NCBI GenBank assembly: GCA_965601925.1
Contig: OZ271854.1
Span: forward strand, 1,056,001-1,120,000
Length of the DNA stretch: 64,000 nucleotides
Direction of reading: 5' to 3'
Source: Alkalispirochaeta sp.
Lineage (GTDB): Bacteria > Spirochaetota > Spirochaetia > DSM-27196 > Alkalispirochaetaceae
In this document: one piece after another, positions 50,076 through 60,437 of the stretch
How the letters are laid out: each line of letters starts with the position of its first letter
How positions within the stretch are numbered: the stretch's first letter is position 1
Translations under genes and position numbers: made by a program
Notes under the pieces: generated by a model
The model's input: only the letters and a program-made list of their open reading frames with translations
What the model was told of the DNA's origin: nothing
Database searches by the model: none

Positions 50076-50954
50076 ATGGTCCGCGGAGTGTTCCTGTGCG
50101 TTGCAACCGGCGCGGTGTGGACGGCCATCGCGGTCCTCTACCGCTCCGTCGCCGGCGACCACAAGACGATCGTCGGCTTTCACCTCGTCGCCAAGGTGCT
50201 GGGATTTTGCGTCAGTTGGAGCCTCTTCGTGCGCTGGAACGCCATTGACACGGGGTATTGGCGCGAGCAGGCGCCGATGCTCGGCATCATCTATATCGGG
50301 GCGTCGATCGGCGCGATCTATCCCTTTTTCATGTCCCGCGCGATGCGTCTCGGCGGCAGCGGTATCTCGTGGGCGGTGGGCCAGGCGGCGATGGTCGTCC
50401 CGCTCCTTGTTGCAATCATCGTGTGGGGTGAGGCGGTGACGCCTGCGCGGACGGTCGGCTTTTTCGCGATCCTCGCAATGGTGACCGCCCTGGGTGCCGG
50501 CGACTCCACCGGCCGGCGCGAAGGGACGTGGTACTCGATGATGGCCCTCACCTTTCTCTTAATCGGCACCTCGCAAGCGCTCGTCTCGATTCCCTCCCAT
50601 ACGGAGGCGTGGATCGACGGTGCCAATATTCGCGTAGCGACGGTGAGCACCGCGGCGCTTGCGGTGTACATCGTTCTCGGCGTCGCCGTCGGCCCGCACT
50701 TTTCCCCCCGCACCGTGGTGTTAGGGGGCGTGCACGCCCTGTTGGCGCCGTTGAGCCACCAACTGAGCTTTTCGGCGATGGACGTCTTGGGTACATTCGG
50801 AATGGTGGGGTTCTTTTTTCCGATCGCGATCGGCGTGTCGATGGTCGGGGTGGCGGCGTTCGGCATCGTGAGCGGCGACGAGCGCGCGACACCCCGAGCC
50901 ATCGTCGGTCTCGCCGTCGGCATCCTCGGCATCTTTTTGGTGTCGGTGGGATGA
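50076..50954 (+). CDS. EamA/DMT-superfamily transporter
   Basis: About 10 TMs in two repeats, WGE and GDER motifs. Confidence 0.75.
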   Translation: MVRGVFLCVATGAVWTAIAVLYRSVAGDHKTIVGFHLVAKVLGFCVSWSLFVRWNAIDTGYWREQAPMLGIIYIGASIGAIYPFFMSRAMRLGGSGISWAVGQAAMVVPLLVAIIVWGEAVTPARTVGFFAILAMVTALGAGDSTGRREGTWYSMMALTFLLIGTSQALVSIPSHTEAWIDGANIRVATVSTAALAVYIVLGVAVGPHFSPRTVVLGGVHALLAPLSHQLSFSAMDVLGTFGMVGFFFPIAIGVSMVGVAAFGIVSGDERATPRAIVGLAVGILGIFLVSVG

Positions 50955-51206
50955 GGAGAACGTCACGGTTGAACCCGGGGTGAGTGACAATCCGCGGAGG
51001 ACTGGATTCCATTGTACCGAGGAAAACGTGATCTGCGGCGGTGCGGCCGTCTCCTGGTTACAGGCTGTGCGCCGCGTCGACGCAACCGCGGAGTTCGAAC
51101 GGGCCGATCAGACCAACGGGGCCAGTCGGATGACCGTGAAGAGTTCGCCGAGTGTTTCTTGCTCCGACAGTTTGGTCACCGCCGGCGATTCGAGAAGATA
51201 CACCGC

Positions 51207-52820
51207 TCAAGCCGTACGTTCCGCCGATTCCTTCAGTACGTCCGGATACCATTGTGCGAAGTAGTTAAGCACGTGCTCCGGCGACTCGGGAGAACACCGG
51301 ACCGCGATATAGTTGTCGGGTCTCACTAACAGCAGAGTAGGTTGTACAAACCCATATCGTTTGTGCGCCACGCTATCCAAATCATGAAAGAGGTTAGCAG
51401 CACGATAGTGACTCGCAGGTGCCGACGAAACGATGAACTTCAGACAGCTCTGTAGGATTGGATGATCAAAGACGGCCGGGCTCGATCCCTCGCGTCCCGC
51501 ATCGAAGAAAATCACCTTCCATCGGGGAACGCAGAGCTCTCGGAAAAGGGAGACCTCTTCGCGATCCGTACCACGTTGAACGTCGGCGTCGGCAACCCGC
51601 TCCCCCGCTCGAACACCCTTTCTGCCAAGCGTTTCCAGGGTCAGAGGACTTCGATTGTACGCTAAGCCGAGCTGACTGAAGGCTTTCGCGAGCTTGGGCC
51701 AAATCCTGTCCATGATCCAGTTCCCGTACCGTCTGAGGATCAAACGATTCAGCGTAGGCGCCGGTAGCGTGAACTTGAGCGTATTGATCTGAACTTTTTC
51801 CAACGCCAGTCGGTTTGCCCGACGCTCAGCATCGTAGGTCTTCAGAAGCGCCGGCGTTGCCTTCCCCCTCACGGTATCATGCAGCTTCCACGCGAGATTG
51901 AGGGCGTCCTGTATTCCAACATTCAACCCTTGGCCCCCATTGGGTAAAATCGGATTGCAGGCATCTCCGGCGAGGATAACGCGACCGTCGACCATCGACG
52001 GGGCTACGCCGGTAAGGAGCTCGCCGTGACTGACCCACGTTTCGTCCGTCAAGGTTGCAGTCGGATCACCGCTCATCTCCCTGAGCCGATCCTGCATCTC
52101 ATGCAACGTGGGCTCGCGCTCCGGCAAGCGTCCTTTCTCTTCGAAGACCATGACCTTCGTTACGTCGTTCGGCAGATGAATGACCGCACCGAACCCTTCC
52201 GGATAGTAGTACAACCACATTTGTTTCATCGTCCGAAGGCCGGTCCATTGAAGCTTTGCATCTACCTGCCAAACATACTTTCCGGTCTTCACCGGTTCGA
52301 AATCACAATCCGAGAATCGACGGACCGTGCTTCGAGGTCCGTCGCACCCAACTACATACTTGAAGCGTGTTCTCTTCGTTTCGCCGGAGTGCTCTATCAA
52401 AGCCGTGACACCGCGCTCATCCTGCGACAACGACGCGAGTCGGTGCCCAAAGAGGACATCTGCTCCGCGGTCCGGCAAGTATTCACGGAGATTCCGGTCA
52501 ATTCGATCTTGTCCCAAAAAAATGACGTTCGGATGCGGACTCTCGTTGAGATGCATCTCTCGCGGTCCAACGTTCGAACCGTACATGTGGATCATGTAAC
52601 GAAGCATCACGCCGCCGGCCTCGTACATCCGATCCGTCAATCCGAAAACATCTAACTGCTCGAGCGTACCCGGCATTAAGTTCGTCGCCTTTGTGTGTAT
52701 AGAGGTCGATTCCCGAGCTTCGATGAGCGTACATGAAGTGCCGAGTCGGTGGAGGGCGTTCGCCAAAGCTAACCCTGTCGGCCCAGCGCCCACGATCAAC
52801 ACGTCGTTATCGAAATCCAT
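51207..52820 (-). CDS. FAD-dependent monooxygenase (PheA/TfdB, aromatic hydroxylase-like)
   Basis: GAGPTG, VGCDG..S.VR, LAGDA....P.GGQGLN.GIQDA.NLAWKL, LVRPD. Confidence 0.93.
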   Translation of the reverse strand: MDFDNDVLIVGAGPTGLALANALHRLGTSCTLIEARESTSIHTKATNLMPGTLEQLDVFGLTDRMYEAGGVMLRYMIHMYGSNVGPREMHLNESPHPNVIFLGQDRIDRNLREYLPDRGADVLFGHRLASLSQDERGVTALIEHSGETKRTRFKYVVGCDGPRSTVRRFSDCDFEPVKTGKYVWQVDAKLQWTGLRTMKQMWLYYYPEGFGAVIHLPNDVTKVMVFEEKGRLPEREPTLHEMQDRLREMSGDPTATLTDETWVSHGELLTGVAPSMVDGRVILAGDACNPILPNGGQGLNVGIQDALNLAWKLHDTVRGKATPALLKTYDAERRANRLALEKVQINTLKFTLPAPTLNRLILRRYGNWIMDRIWPKLAKAFSQLGLAYNRSPLTLETLGRKGVRAGERVADADVQRGTDREEVSLFRELCVPRWKVIFFDAGREGSSPAVFDHPILQSCLKFIVSSAPASHYRAANLFHDLDSVAHKRYGFVQPTLLLVRPDNYIAVRCSPESPEHVLNYFAQWYPDVLKESAERTA

Positions 52821-52942
52821 GCTTATGTCCCTCGCTGTCAGCCGGTTTTTGTTCGACGCTCCCCACATGCGACGGCTACATGCGCCGAAACAACCTCTTT
52901 GCGCACCGCTGATTCATGCATGGTGGTTCTGCACTAATATTT

Positions 52943-52958
52943 TGTACTGTATAGTACA
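52943..52958. promoter_or_regulatory. TetR operator TGTACT-N4-AGTACA
   Basis: Palindrome in an AT-rich divergent intergenic region. Confidence 0.7.
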
Positions 52959-52987
52959 TTTTTTTAAGAGACAAAGCAAACGTTTCG

Positions 52988-53608
52988 ATGCAGAATGAGA
53001 GCGATATGACGCCTAAAGGGTCGGCGAGAAGAGCAGCAATTCTGGAAGCCGCGGCGGCGCTGTTTTTGGAGAACGGGTATGAACGCACTTCGCTCGACAG
53101 CATTCTCGAACGCACAGGTGGATCAAAGGCTTCGGTCTACGCCAACTTTGGGAGCAAGGCAGGTCTTTTCCGAATGGTCGTTCTCGAGCTATGCGACGAG
53201 ATGTTCGCGTCGCTCTCGGGTGGCATACCGGCCAACGAAGGACCGAAGGAAGTCCTCAACAAAGTCGCCCAACGATTCCTCAAGATACTCTGGGGATCGG
53301 ACGTCCTGGCGTTGTCGCGCATCGTGTACGCCGAAGGTGGTCGAAATCCGGAGATTGCGGATGTCTTTTTTGAAAACGGCTACGAGGAAGGTTATCGACA
53401 ACTTGCCGATTATTTGGGCCTGATATCGACCGGCTTGTCCGATGATACGTTGTTGGAGCTTTCGCGGATGTTTCTTACGATGCTCCCGGGAGACGCCTAC
53501 GACCGTCTCCTGGCCGGATGCTCGGTTCAACGAAGTCACGCAGAGCTTGAGAGGCAGATCGCTATCTCTGTCGAGTGGCTACTATGGAAGCTCGGTCGCA
53601 TCGGATAA
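52988..53608 (+). CDS. TetR-family regulator
   Basis: FLENGYERTSLD.I...GGSKASVY..FGSK. Confidence 0.93.
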   Translation: MQNESDMTPKGSARRAAILEAAAALFLENGYERTSLDSILERTGGSKASVYANFGSKAGLFRMVVLELCDEMFASLSGGIPANEGPKEVLNKVAQRFLKILWGSDVLALSRIVYAEGGRNPEIADVFFENGYEEGYRQLADYLGLISTGLSDDTLLELSRMFLTMLPGDAYDRLLAGCSVQRSHAELERQIAISVEWLLWKLGRIG

Positions 53609-53737
53609 TCAACGCAGGGAGATCTGCCGTGCTACGTTTCAAACCGGCGGATGACCGGACGAACACCCCGCACGGCGCTCACCGAGCACGCAGAAGCGGA
53701 GCGCTCGTGTAACACCGTCGCCGCGTCACCGCTCCCC

Positions 53738-55339
53738 TCAATCGGAACCCGGCACGGAACCGTCAATGGCCCCGTGAACACTGTCAGGGACTCCGCGATA
53801 TCGAAAGCGGTGGAAACGGGCGTGCCCGGCGCCGTAGGCGCACAATGCAACCCGCAGGCTCAAGAAGCAGCCCAGTACGTTGTGGTGAAAACCGGACACC
53901 TCGAACCCGCGAGCAAGACGCACCGGCGCCTCGTTCTCACCCCCAGCGTAGAGGTCGATCTCGTTACAATCGTTGACCAGGCGCAGCGTGCATCGCCGTG
54001 ATGCGACCTCACGACCGATGGTGCGCCCATAGTGACTCACGGCGTAGACGGTGTCGCCGGCGTACGATACCCCGACCGCCGCGCGCTCGTTGTAGTACAG
54101 CAGAAGCGCGGCCTCGCAGCTCTCGCTCACCTCGACTTCCACCTCTACCTCGTAGGCGTGGTGGCGCGGGATCATCGCTACGGGAGACGAGGTGAGGTGT
54201 GACTCGCCGACGGCTTGCAGGGTGAGCCCGTTACCGGTAGAGAGGCGCCGGAGCGCCTCGCCGCGCCACGCGCGCCAATGGGGGCCGAGCTCGACGTGCC
54301 GGAACTCGTCGACAAACTCGGTGAAGCGCGCTTCGGGCGATGCGTTGGTCATAGTGCCGCGCGGAGCTTCGGCCTCGTAACGATCCGCTTCGATTTCGGT
54401 CGCAAGAGCGGTGGGCGCTCCAAGGGGCGTAGCGTTCCGCATGTCGTCCGGCCACGCGCCGGTGGCGGGTCCTTCGCCGGCCGCCGTACCGTCCGGAGTC
54501 GAGCCTGCGACAGGCCAGCCGTCGGCGCTCCATGTGATCGGCTCGATCAGCGTCTGGCGGCCGAGATTTCGATATTCGTCTTCGTAGGCGTGGTAGAGGC
54601 AGTACCAGCGTCCGTCGGGCCCCTCGACCAAGGAACCGTGTCCGCGGGACCGCCAGCGTTCCTCGCGCCGGGAGGTATGGATGAGCGGGTTGTACGGCGA
54701 GTCGCGCCACGGCCCGAGAGCGTCGTCGGAACGCGCTACGACGACCATGTGGCTCGTCGCCGGCCCCGCGGTGCCGCCCATCGCCGAGAGCATGTAATAG
54801 AATCGGCCTCGCCGCAGAAGCTTAGGTCCTTCCAGACACCTCCCTTCGATACGCCACGCGGGAGGAATAGACCACCCCTCGTACACGATTCGGGGCGCGC
54901 CCGTTACCGAGAGACCGTCGTCGGCGAGCGGTACGACGTTGCCGCCGGAGAGATAGAGGTAGCGCCGGCCGTCGGCGGCGACGACGTGCCCCGGATCGAT
55001 CAGCCGGACATCTAAGTCGACCGGATCGTCCCACGGCCCGTGCGGAGTCGGAGCGGTCACAACCCAATTCGTGCCCCCCGCCGGAAAGTAAATGAAGTAG
55101 CGCCCGCCGTGTTCGACAAGGTCCGGCGCCCACACCGAGCCGATGTAGCGTGTAAGGGCGTAGCCGATCGACCGCCAATGCAATAGATCGCGAGAGTGCC
55201 ACATGAGGAGTCCCGGCACGTACTCGAATGACGAGTGGGTCATGAAGTAATCGTCGCCCACTCGCAGGACCGTCGGATCGGGAAAGTCCCCGGGAACGAT
55301 CGGGTAGGGAAACTGCAGCGTATGCTCGCTCATCGTCAT
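53738..55339 (-). CDS. GH43 glycoside hydrolase (beta-xylosidase/arabinofuranosidase) with C-terminal beta-sandwich
   Basis: PDPTVLRVG, WAPD, IDPG, EGP, GHGSLV motifs. Confidence 0.93.
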   Translation of the reverse strand: MTMSEHTLQFPYPIVPGDFPDPTVLRVGDDYFMTHSSFEYVPGLLMWHSRDLLHWRSIGYALTRYIGSVWAPDLVEHGGRYFIYFPAGGTNWVVTAPTPHGPWDDPVDLDVRLIDPGHVVAADGRRYLYLSGGNVVPLADDGLSVTGAPRIVYEGWSIPPAWRIEGRCLEGPKLLRRGRFYYMLSAMGGTAGPATSHMVVVARSDDALGPWRDSPYNPLIHTSRREERWRSRGHGSLVEGPDGRWYCLYHAYEDEYRNLGRQTLIEPITWSADGWPVAGSTPDGTAAGEGPATGAWPDDMRNATPLGAPTALATEIEADRYEAEAPRGTMTNASPEARFTEFVDEFRHVELGPHWRAWRGEALRRLSTGNGLTLQAVGESHLTSSPVAMIPRHHAYEVEVEVEVSESCEAALLLYYNERAAVGVSYAGDTVYAVSHYGRTIGREVASRRCTLRLVNDCNEIDLYAGGENEAPVRLARGFEVSGFHHNVLGCFLSLRVALCAYGAGHARFHRFRYRGVPDSVHGAIDGSVPGSD

Positions 55340-55402
55340 CTCTTCCTCCTCGCAGCGCGAAATCCCTTGACAGTAGAACGCCCTCAGTATACCGTAAAAT
55401 TG

Positions 55403-55434
55403 TTCCGCCAACGTATGCGATAACGTTGGCGAAA
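55403..55434. promoter_or_regulatory. LacI-type operator array TTCCGCCAACGT-N8-ACGTTGGCGAAA
   Basis: Same motif as 46675-46704, between the divergent GH43 and cupin genes. Confidence 0.75.
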
Positions 55435-55533
55435 TCGTAAGGAGACACTATGCGATGTACCGCACAGGTGCAACCCGTTTTCGGCATTCCTACTGCACGG
55501 GACGGGTGCCGAGGACGGCAAGGAGGCGTAACG

Positions 55534-55950
55534 ATGGGTGTGTACAAAGTCGGACGGATGGATACCGCGCTCCACGGCGAGTTTCTGGAACCGCCGCGCG
55601 ACGTCTTCGTCTATTTCACGAGCGAAGATAATGACGCTTTGGGGGCCGGGGTATGTCGCATACCTCCGGGGAGCAGCAACGCCGAGCACGCCCACGACGA
55701 CGCCGATGAGGTGATCTACGTCATTGCCGGCTCGATGCGGATCGTGTGCGACGGAGAGGAGATCCTGCTCAACCGAGCCGATGCGGTCTTCGTCGGCCGC
55801 GGTGTCGTACACCAGATCTTTAACGCCAGCCGCACCGAGGAGGTGATTCACACCTTTACCTTCAACCCGCCCCATCCCTCGGATGCAATCGGTAAGGGAT
55901 ACGGTAACGATGCAAACTTCAAAATTCACCACCCGGCGGGCGGGGCTTAG
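55534..55950 (+). CDS. Cupin-domain protein
   Basis: HAHDDADEVIYVIAG and G..HQIFN metal motifs; AGGAGG RBS. Confidence 0.9.
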   Translation: MGVYKVGRMDTALHGEFLEPPRDVFVYFTSEDNDALGAGVCRIPPGSSNAEHAHDDADEVIYVIAGSMRIVCDGEEILLNRADAVFVGRGVVHQIFNASRTEEVIHTFTFNPPHPSDAIGKGYGNDANFKIHHPAGGA

Positions 55951-55958
55951 GAGAGGGT

Positions 55959-57035
55959 ATGAATACTATGGAAAGCCTGAATCGCACCGTAGAAATCGAG
56001 TCCCCGCCGTCTGAGTGGGAGCGGTTGGGAAAGGTGCTGAGTCACGGTCCCGAGGGCACCTACGACGCCCACGTAATCGGAGATCCGTGTATCGTGTGGG
56101 ACGACCGACTGGGGCGCTACCGCCTCTACTACTTCGGCCAGAACCACGACGGTGCAGCCGAAATCAACCAAACCGCTACTGCGGTCGCGATGGGAACCGA
56201 CGGGTATGGAACGGGGAGCTGGCAAAAGATCGGCTTGTTGGAATACGCAAACCGCGAGGTGATCGGGGTACAGGGCCACAAGGTTTTTGTGGTGCAGGAC
56301 GCGTTACGTCCCAACGTCGCGGCAAAGATCAACGGTGAGTACTGGCATTTCCTGGCTCACTACCGCGGCTACAACAAGGTAATCCTCCTTGCCAAGTCGG
56401 AGAGCTTGGTCGGACCGTGGGTCGTGCAGGAGGAGCCTGTGATCGACCTCGGCGGCGAAGACGAGTTCGACGGCTACAACTGCGATAGTCCGACGGCGTA
56501 CTGGTTCGAGGACCGTCAAGAAGTGCTTATCTACTACAAAGGCTATCCGCGCGTTCCGCAGCCCGACCAGCCGCACTCGCCCCTTGGATCGACGCCCGCC
56601 GCAGCGGTGATGAGGGCCGACGATCGCGTCGCGACCAAACTGGGTAAGATTCTCTCCCTGCCGGAGGTCGAGGGACATTGGGCGTCCGGCTGGATGTCGA
56701 CACCACAAATCGTGAAGGCGGCAAAGGGTGGATGGTACGGAATCGCGAACGGCAGTGTTACCACCCCCGCGCCGGTCGAAGAGGAGCCGGCAATGCGTGA
56801 GCCGATGCCGGTACGCGGCGGGTGGATGTATACGCCCGAGGAGTGGCCCGTCGCAGGATGGACCGTCTTCGATCGCCCCTTCGATTGGGTAGAGGCGGCG
56901 CTCGAGGCCGGCGAAGGTCCGAGCTTTTGGAAACACGGCTTCCTCTTCGATCCCGACGGCTCGCTTTACCTCTACTACCATTGCGGCCACTACGGCGACG
57001 AGCACTTCTTTGGTCAAAGGGCGCGATGGAGGTAA
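55959..57035 (+). CDS. Putative five-bladed beta-propeller glycoside-hydrolase-like protein
   Basis: YDAHVIGDPCIV, FDGYNCDSPTA, IYYKG and LYLYY blade repeats. Confidence 0.65.
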   Translation: MNTMESLNRTVEIESPPSEWERLGKVLSHGPEGTYDAHVIGDPCIVWDDRLGRYRLYYFGQNHDGAAEINQTATAVAMGTDGYGTGSWQKIGLLEYANREVIGVQGHKVFVVQDALRPNVAAKINGEYWHFLAHYRGYNKVILLAKSESLVGPWVVQEEPVIDLGGEDEFDGYNCDSPTAYWFEDRQEVLIYYKGYPRVPQPDQPHSPLGSTPAAAVMRADDRVATKLGKILSLPEVEGHWASGWMSTPQIVKAAKGGWYGIANGSVTTPAPVEEEPAMREPMPVRGGWMYTPEEWPVAGWTVFDRPFDWVEAALEAGEGPSFWKHGFLFDPDGSLYLYYHCGHYGDEHFFGQRARWR

Positions 57036-57120
57036 CGGCGATCTTGCCGTCCGGTGACGCGACGGGCGGACCCGCGCCGGCGTTGCGCGCTCCGGACCCT
57101 CGCACGGCGGGAGTGTACGT

Positions 57121-57936
57121 ATGATCGGGGTGCAGATCGCCGCTCCGGAGAGCGGTGTCACCGATGAATTTCGACGCCTCCTTGCCGACATACGCGGCAC
57201 CGGCGCCGAAAGTGTGGAGATCAACGTCGTCGATCCCGAGACGTTCGGCGTTGCCGACCTTGCGCACGCACTCGACGACGTCGGACTCGTAATGACTCAC
57301 TACGCGACCGGCGCCGACGCAAACCGCAACGGTCTCTCCCTCGCCGCGGAGTCCGCAGAAGCGCGACATCGCGCCGTGGAACGCTGCCGGCGGTACATCG
57401 AGGTTGCCGCTCGTTTGGGCGCCGGCATCATCATCGGGCTCCTCAAGGGCGGACCCGGAAGCGACGCGGCCGTGGCGGCGCGTTACGTGCAGGAGTCGCT
57501 CGCGGCCGTAGCCCCACATGCGCGGGGGGCGAACGTGCCGGTCTATCTGGAGGCGACCAACCACTACGAGGCGTCGGTTGCACGCACCCTCGACGAAGCG
57601 TGGGAGATTATCGCGCCGTTGGGCGAGCCGTTGCTTCAGATCCTCCCCGATACGTACCATATGAACATCGAAGAGACGAACGTGTACGCCGCGCTGGAGA
57701 GACACTTCGGTCGATACGGCAACGTTCACGTGTCGGACAATACACGCCGCTTTCCGGGATGCGGACGGATCGATTTCAAGGAGCTCCTGGGCTTCCTGGC
57801 GAGCAAGGGTTACGAGGGCGACTTCGCGATCGAGGGTGTCGTCGATGGACCGTTCCGTGACGAACTGTCAAAGGCGATGCGTTACCTCGAAGCGGTGGCG
57901 CCGACGTCGACGATCAAGCAACCAACGACGAAATAA
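57121..57936 (+). CDS. Sugar phosphate isomerase/epimerase (xylose-isomerase-like TIM barrel)
   Basis: LEATNHYE, DTYHMNIEE, HVSDNTRRFPG.G.IDF. Confidence 0.92.
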   Translation: MIGVQIAAPESGVTDEFRRLLADIRGTGAESVEINVVDPETFGVADLAHALDDVGLVMTHYATGADANRNGLSLAAESAEARHRAVERCRRYIEVAARLGAGIIIGLLKGGPGSDAAVAARYVQESLAAVAPHARGANVPVYLEATNHYEASVARTLDEAWEIIAPLGEPLLQILPDTYHMNIEETNVYAALERHFGRYGNVHVSDNTRRFPGCGRIDFKELLGFLASKGYEGDFAIEGVVDGPFRDELSKAMRYLEAVAPTSTIKQPTTK

Positions 57937-57947
57937 GGAGATACGAC

Positions 57948-58910
57948 ATGACCAAAGACCAAAAGTTTGACCGCGCCTACGGGTCACTCATCGGCCTGGC
58001 GATCGGCGACGCGTTCGGCGACCAGGGGCGATCCGATGACTTCCACGAGCGCTTCGGGTTTCAGTTGGACTTGCGTGTCGGGGGCGATTGGAGTACCGAC
58101 GACACCGAGTTTGCCCTCTTGGTCGCCAAGGAGCTCATCGACAGCGGGGGCGAGCTCACCCCCGAGGTGGTGACCGAGGCGTGGCTCGAGCACGTCGTAA
58201 CCGAGGACTATCTCAATAAGGGCGGTCCGAGCGAGCGCGGGGCGGCCTACAACGTGCGGCGCGGACTTCGACCGCCCTACTCCGGCATAGACAACGGCAA
58301 CAACGACAGCGACGGCGCGGCAATGCGGATCGCCCCGGTGGGCATCGTCTACGCCGGCGACCCGGATAAGGCGGCGAAAGTGGCCGCCGTGGACGCTGCG
58401 ATCAGCCACGCCCGCGACGGTATCTGGTCGGCCCAGGCGATCGCCGCAAGCGTCGCCGTCGCGATGACCGGGGCCGACACCGACGAGATCATCGCCACAG
58501 GCCGCCGCTTTATCCCCGACGACTCGTGGATGGGGCGCTGGTTCGACCGCGCGATGGAGATCGTCGATGAGTCCGCAGGCGACATCTGGACGGCGTGGGA
58601 TCCGCTGCATATCGATCTGCGCGCCGAGTACCGGGCATCGTCGGCCGAAGCGGTCAATCAGATGTATGCGGTGCTGAGGCTCACCGACACCGACTTTCGC
58701 AACGGGTTGGTCTACGGCGCCAACTTCGGTCGCGACGCCGATACGATCGGGGCGCTTATCGGCGCAATCGCCGGCGCACGGTGCGGCGCCGAATCGATAC
58801 CGTCGCAGTGGATCGAGAAGTGTCGCTATCCCGGCGGCAACTGCCTCAGCTTTACCAAGGGGAGCGATATCAAGGACGTCGCCGAGCAACTGGCGCGCAT
58901 CATGCGATAG
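57948..58910 (+). CDS. ADP-ribosylglycohydrolase-family protein
   Basis: GLAIGDAFG, STDDTE, DGAAMRIAP, GRDADTIGA. Confidence 0.93.
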   Translation: MTKDQKFDRAYGSLIGLAIGDAFGDQGRSDDFHERFGFQLDLRVGGDWSTDDTEFALLVAKELIDSGGELTPEVVTEAWLEHVVTEDYLNKGGPSERGAAYNVRRGLRPPYSGIDNGNNDSDGAAMRIAPVGIVYAGDPDKAAKVAAVDAAISHARDGIWSAQAIAASVAVAMTGADTDEIIATGRRFIPDDSWMGRWFDRAMEIVDESAGDIWTAWDPLHIDLRAEYRASSAEAVNQMYAVLRLTDTDFRNGLVYGANFGRDADTIGALIGAIAGARCGAESIPSQWIEKCRYPGGNCLSFTKGSDIKDVAEQLARIMR

Positions 58911-58919
58911 TTCCGCCGT

Positions 58920-60383
58920 ATGTCGAACGCGGACAAGCGGCCCAATATCGTCTTTCTTCTCCCGGACCAGCAGCGGCACGACTTTTTGGGGTGCTACGGT
59001 GCACCGTTCGTGCGCACCCCCAACATCGACGGCCTGTGCACCGGCGGCACACGCTACACGCACGCCTATTCGCTGCACCCGGTGTGTGTACCGGCGCGCT
59101 GCGCCCTGTTGACGGGAATGCACGGGATGCGCACCGGGGTGTTGGAAAACGGTTCTTTTCTGCCGGCCGACCGTACCGATCTCGGGATGCGCACCTGGCC
59201 CGAGATCCTCGCCGATGCGGGCTACGATACGGCCGCGGTCGGCAAGATGCACTTTTATCCGTGGGACTCCACTCACGGGTTCGCCTATCGCGACATCGCC
59301 GAGGACAAGCGTTGGATTCATATTCAGGACGACTACGCGACCCATCTCCGAAGCAAGGGATTGCGCAAAACGCACGGGAACGAGCACGCCGAATACCACG
59401 AGCACGGGGGAGCGGTCGTATCACCCCTGTCCCATGAGGACAGCGTCGACCGCTACGTGGGTGAGGCGGCGTGTCGATACATCGCCGACCGCGAGGCGGG
59501 GCGCCCCTTTGCGCTCATGGTCGGGTTCCCGAGTCCTCACTGTCCCTACGACCCGGTGCTCGAGTTCGCCGAACGCTATGCGCCGGAGGACATGCCGCCG
59601 GCGATCGAGGACGGCCACGCCGATCTACCGCGCCTCCACGCGCGCTTCATCGAGGCACATAAGGCGCCGTGGTGCGACCTCGACTACTCGACGCTGTCGC
59701 CGAAGACGAAGGCGGTCATCCGCGCACATTACGCGGCGCTCGTGGAGCAGATCGACGTCGAAGTGGGAAGGATCATCGACGCCCTCAAGGTGTCCGGCGA
59801 GTACGACAATACGGTCATTATCTACGCGTCTGACCACGGCGATCTCCTGGGTGACCACGATATGGTCGGCAAGTCGGTCTTCTACGAGTCGAGCATCCAC
59901 GTACCGCTTATCGTCCACGAGCCGTGGCGTACCGACGCTGCCGTATGCGATCGCCTCGTGTCGCTCCACGATATCACCGCCACGATCCTCTCCTACGCGC
60001 GGTGTGAGAGACCGACGGCGTGCGACGCGCGCCCACTCCCGGGATTCGACGCCGGCGGTGCCGACGGGGACGGTGGACGCAACTACCTCGTAGGTGCGCT
60101 TTCCGACGGCTGGATGTGTTTTGACGGCCGTTATCGCCTGGCGCTGTACGGCGCGGGCGAGGCGCTCCTCTTCGACCTCGACGACGACCCGCAGGAGGTG
60201 CACAACCTCTATACGCTACGCGAGTCGGCGGAAATACGATCGAGGCTTGCGGCGCGCCTCGCCGCAGAGATGATGGACCACCTCGCGGTGCGTAACCGGA
60301 CCCTCAGGTTGCCCCCGGGACTCTCGGTCAGTGCGGAGTTCGGTCGGCGCGGGTGGCGTCGCCCCACTCCGTCCTCGCATTAG
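58920..60383 (+). CDS. Sulfatase (Cys-type)
   Basis: PNIV...DQQR, CVPARCALLTG (CxPxR), GKMH, PHCP, SDHG. Confidence 0.93.
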   Translation: MSNADKRPNIVFLLPDQQRHDFLGCYGAPFVRTPNIDGLCTGGTRYTHAYSLHPVCVPARCALLTGMHGMRTGVLENGSFLPADRTDLGMRTWPEILADAGYDTAAVGKMHFYPWDSTHGFAYRDIAEDKRWIHIQDDYATHLRSKGLRKTHGNEHAEYHEHGGAVVSPLSHEDSVDRYVGEAACRYIADREAGRPFALMVGFPSPHCPYDPVLEFAERYAPEDMPPAIEDGHADLPRLHARFIEAHKAPWCDLDYSTLSPKTKAVIRAHYAALVEQIDVEVGRIIDALKVSGEYDNTVIIYASDHGDLLGDHDMVGKSVFYESSIHVPLIVHEPWRTDAAVCDRLVSLHDITATILSYARCERPTACDARPLPGFDAGGADGDGGRNYLVGALSDGWMCFDGRYRLALYGAGEALLFDLDDDPQEVHNLYTLRESAEIRSRLAARLAAEMMDHLAVRNRTLRLPPGLSVSAEFGRRGWRRPTPSSH

Positions 60384-60437
60384 ATAGTTGCGGCCTCGCG
60401 GTCCGACCGAGACGCGAGGCGCATAGGGAGGCTGGTC

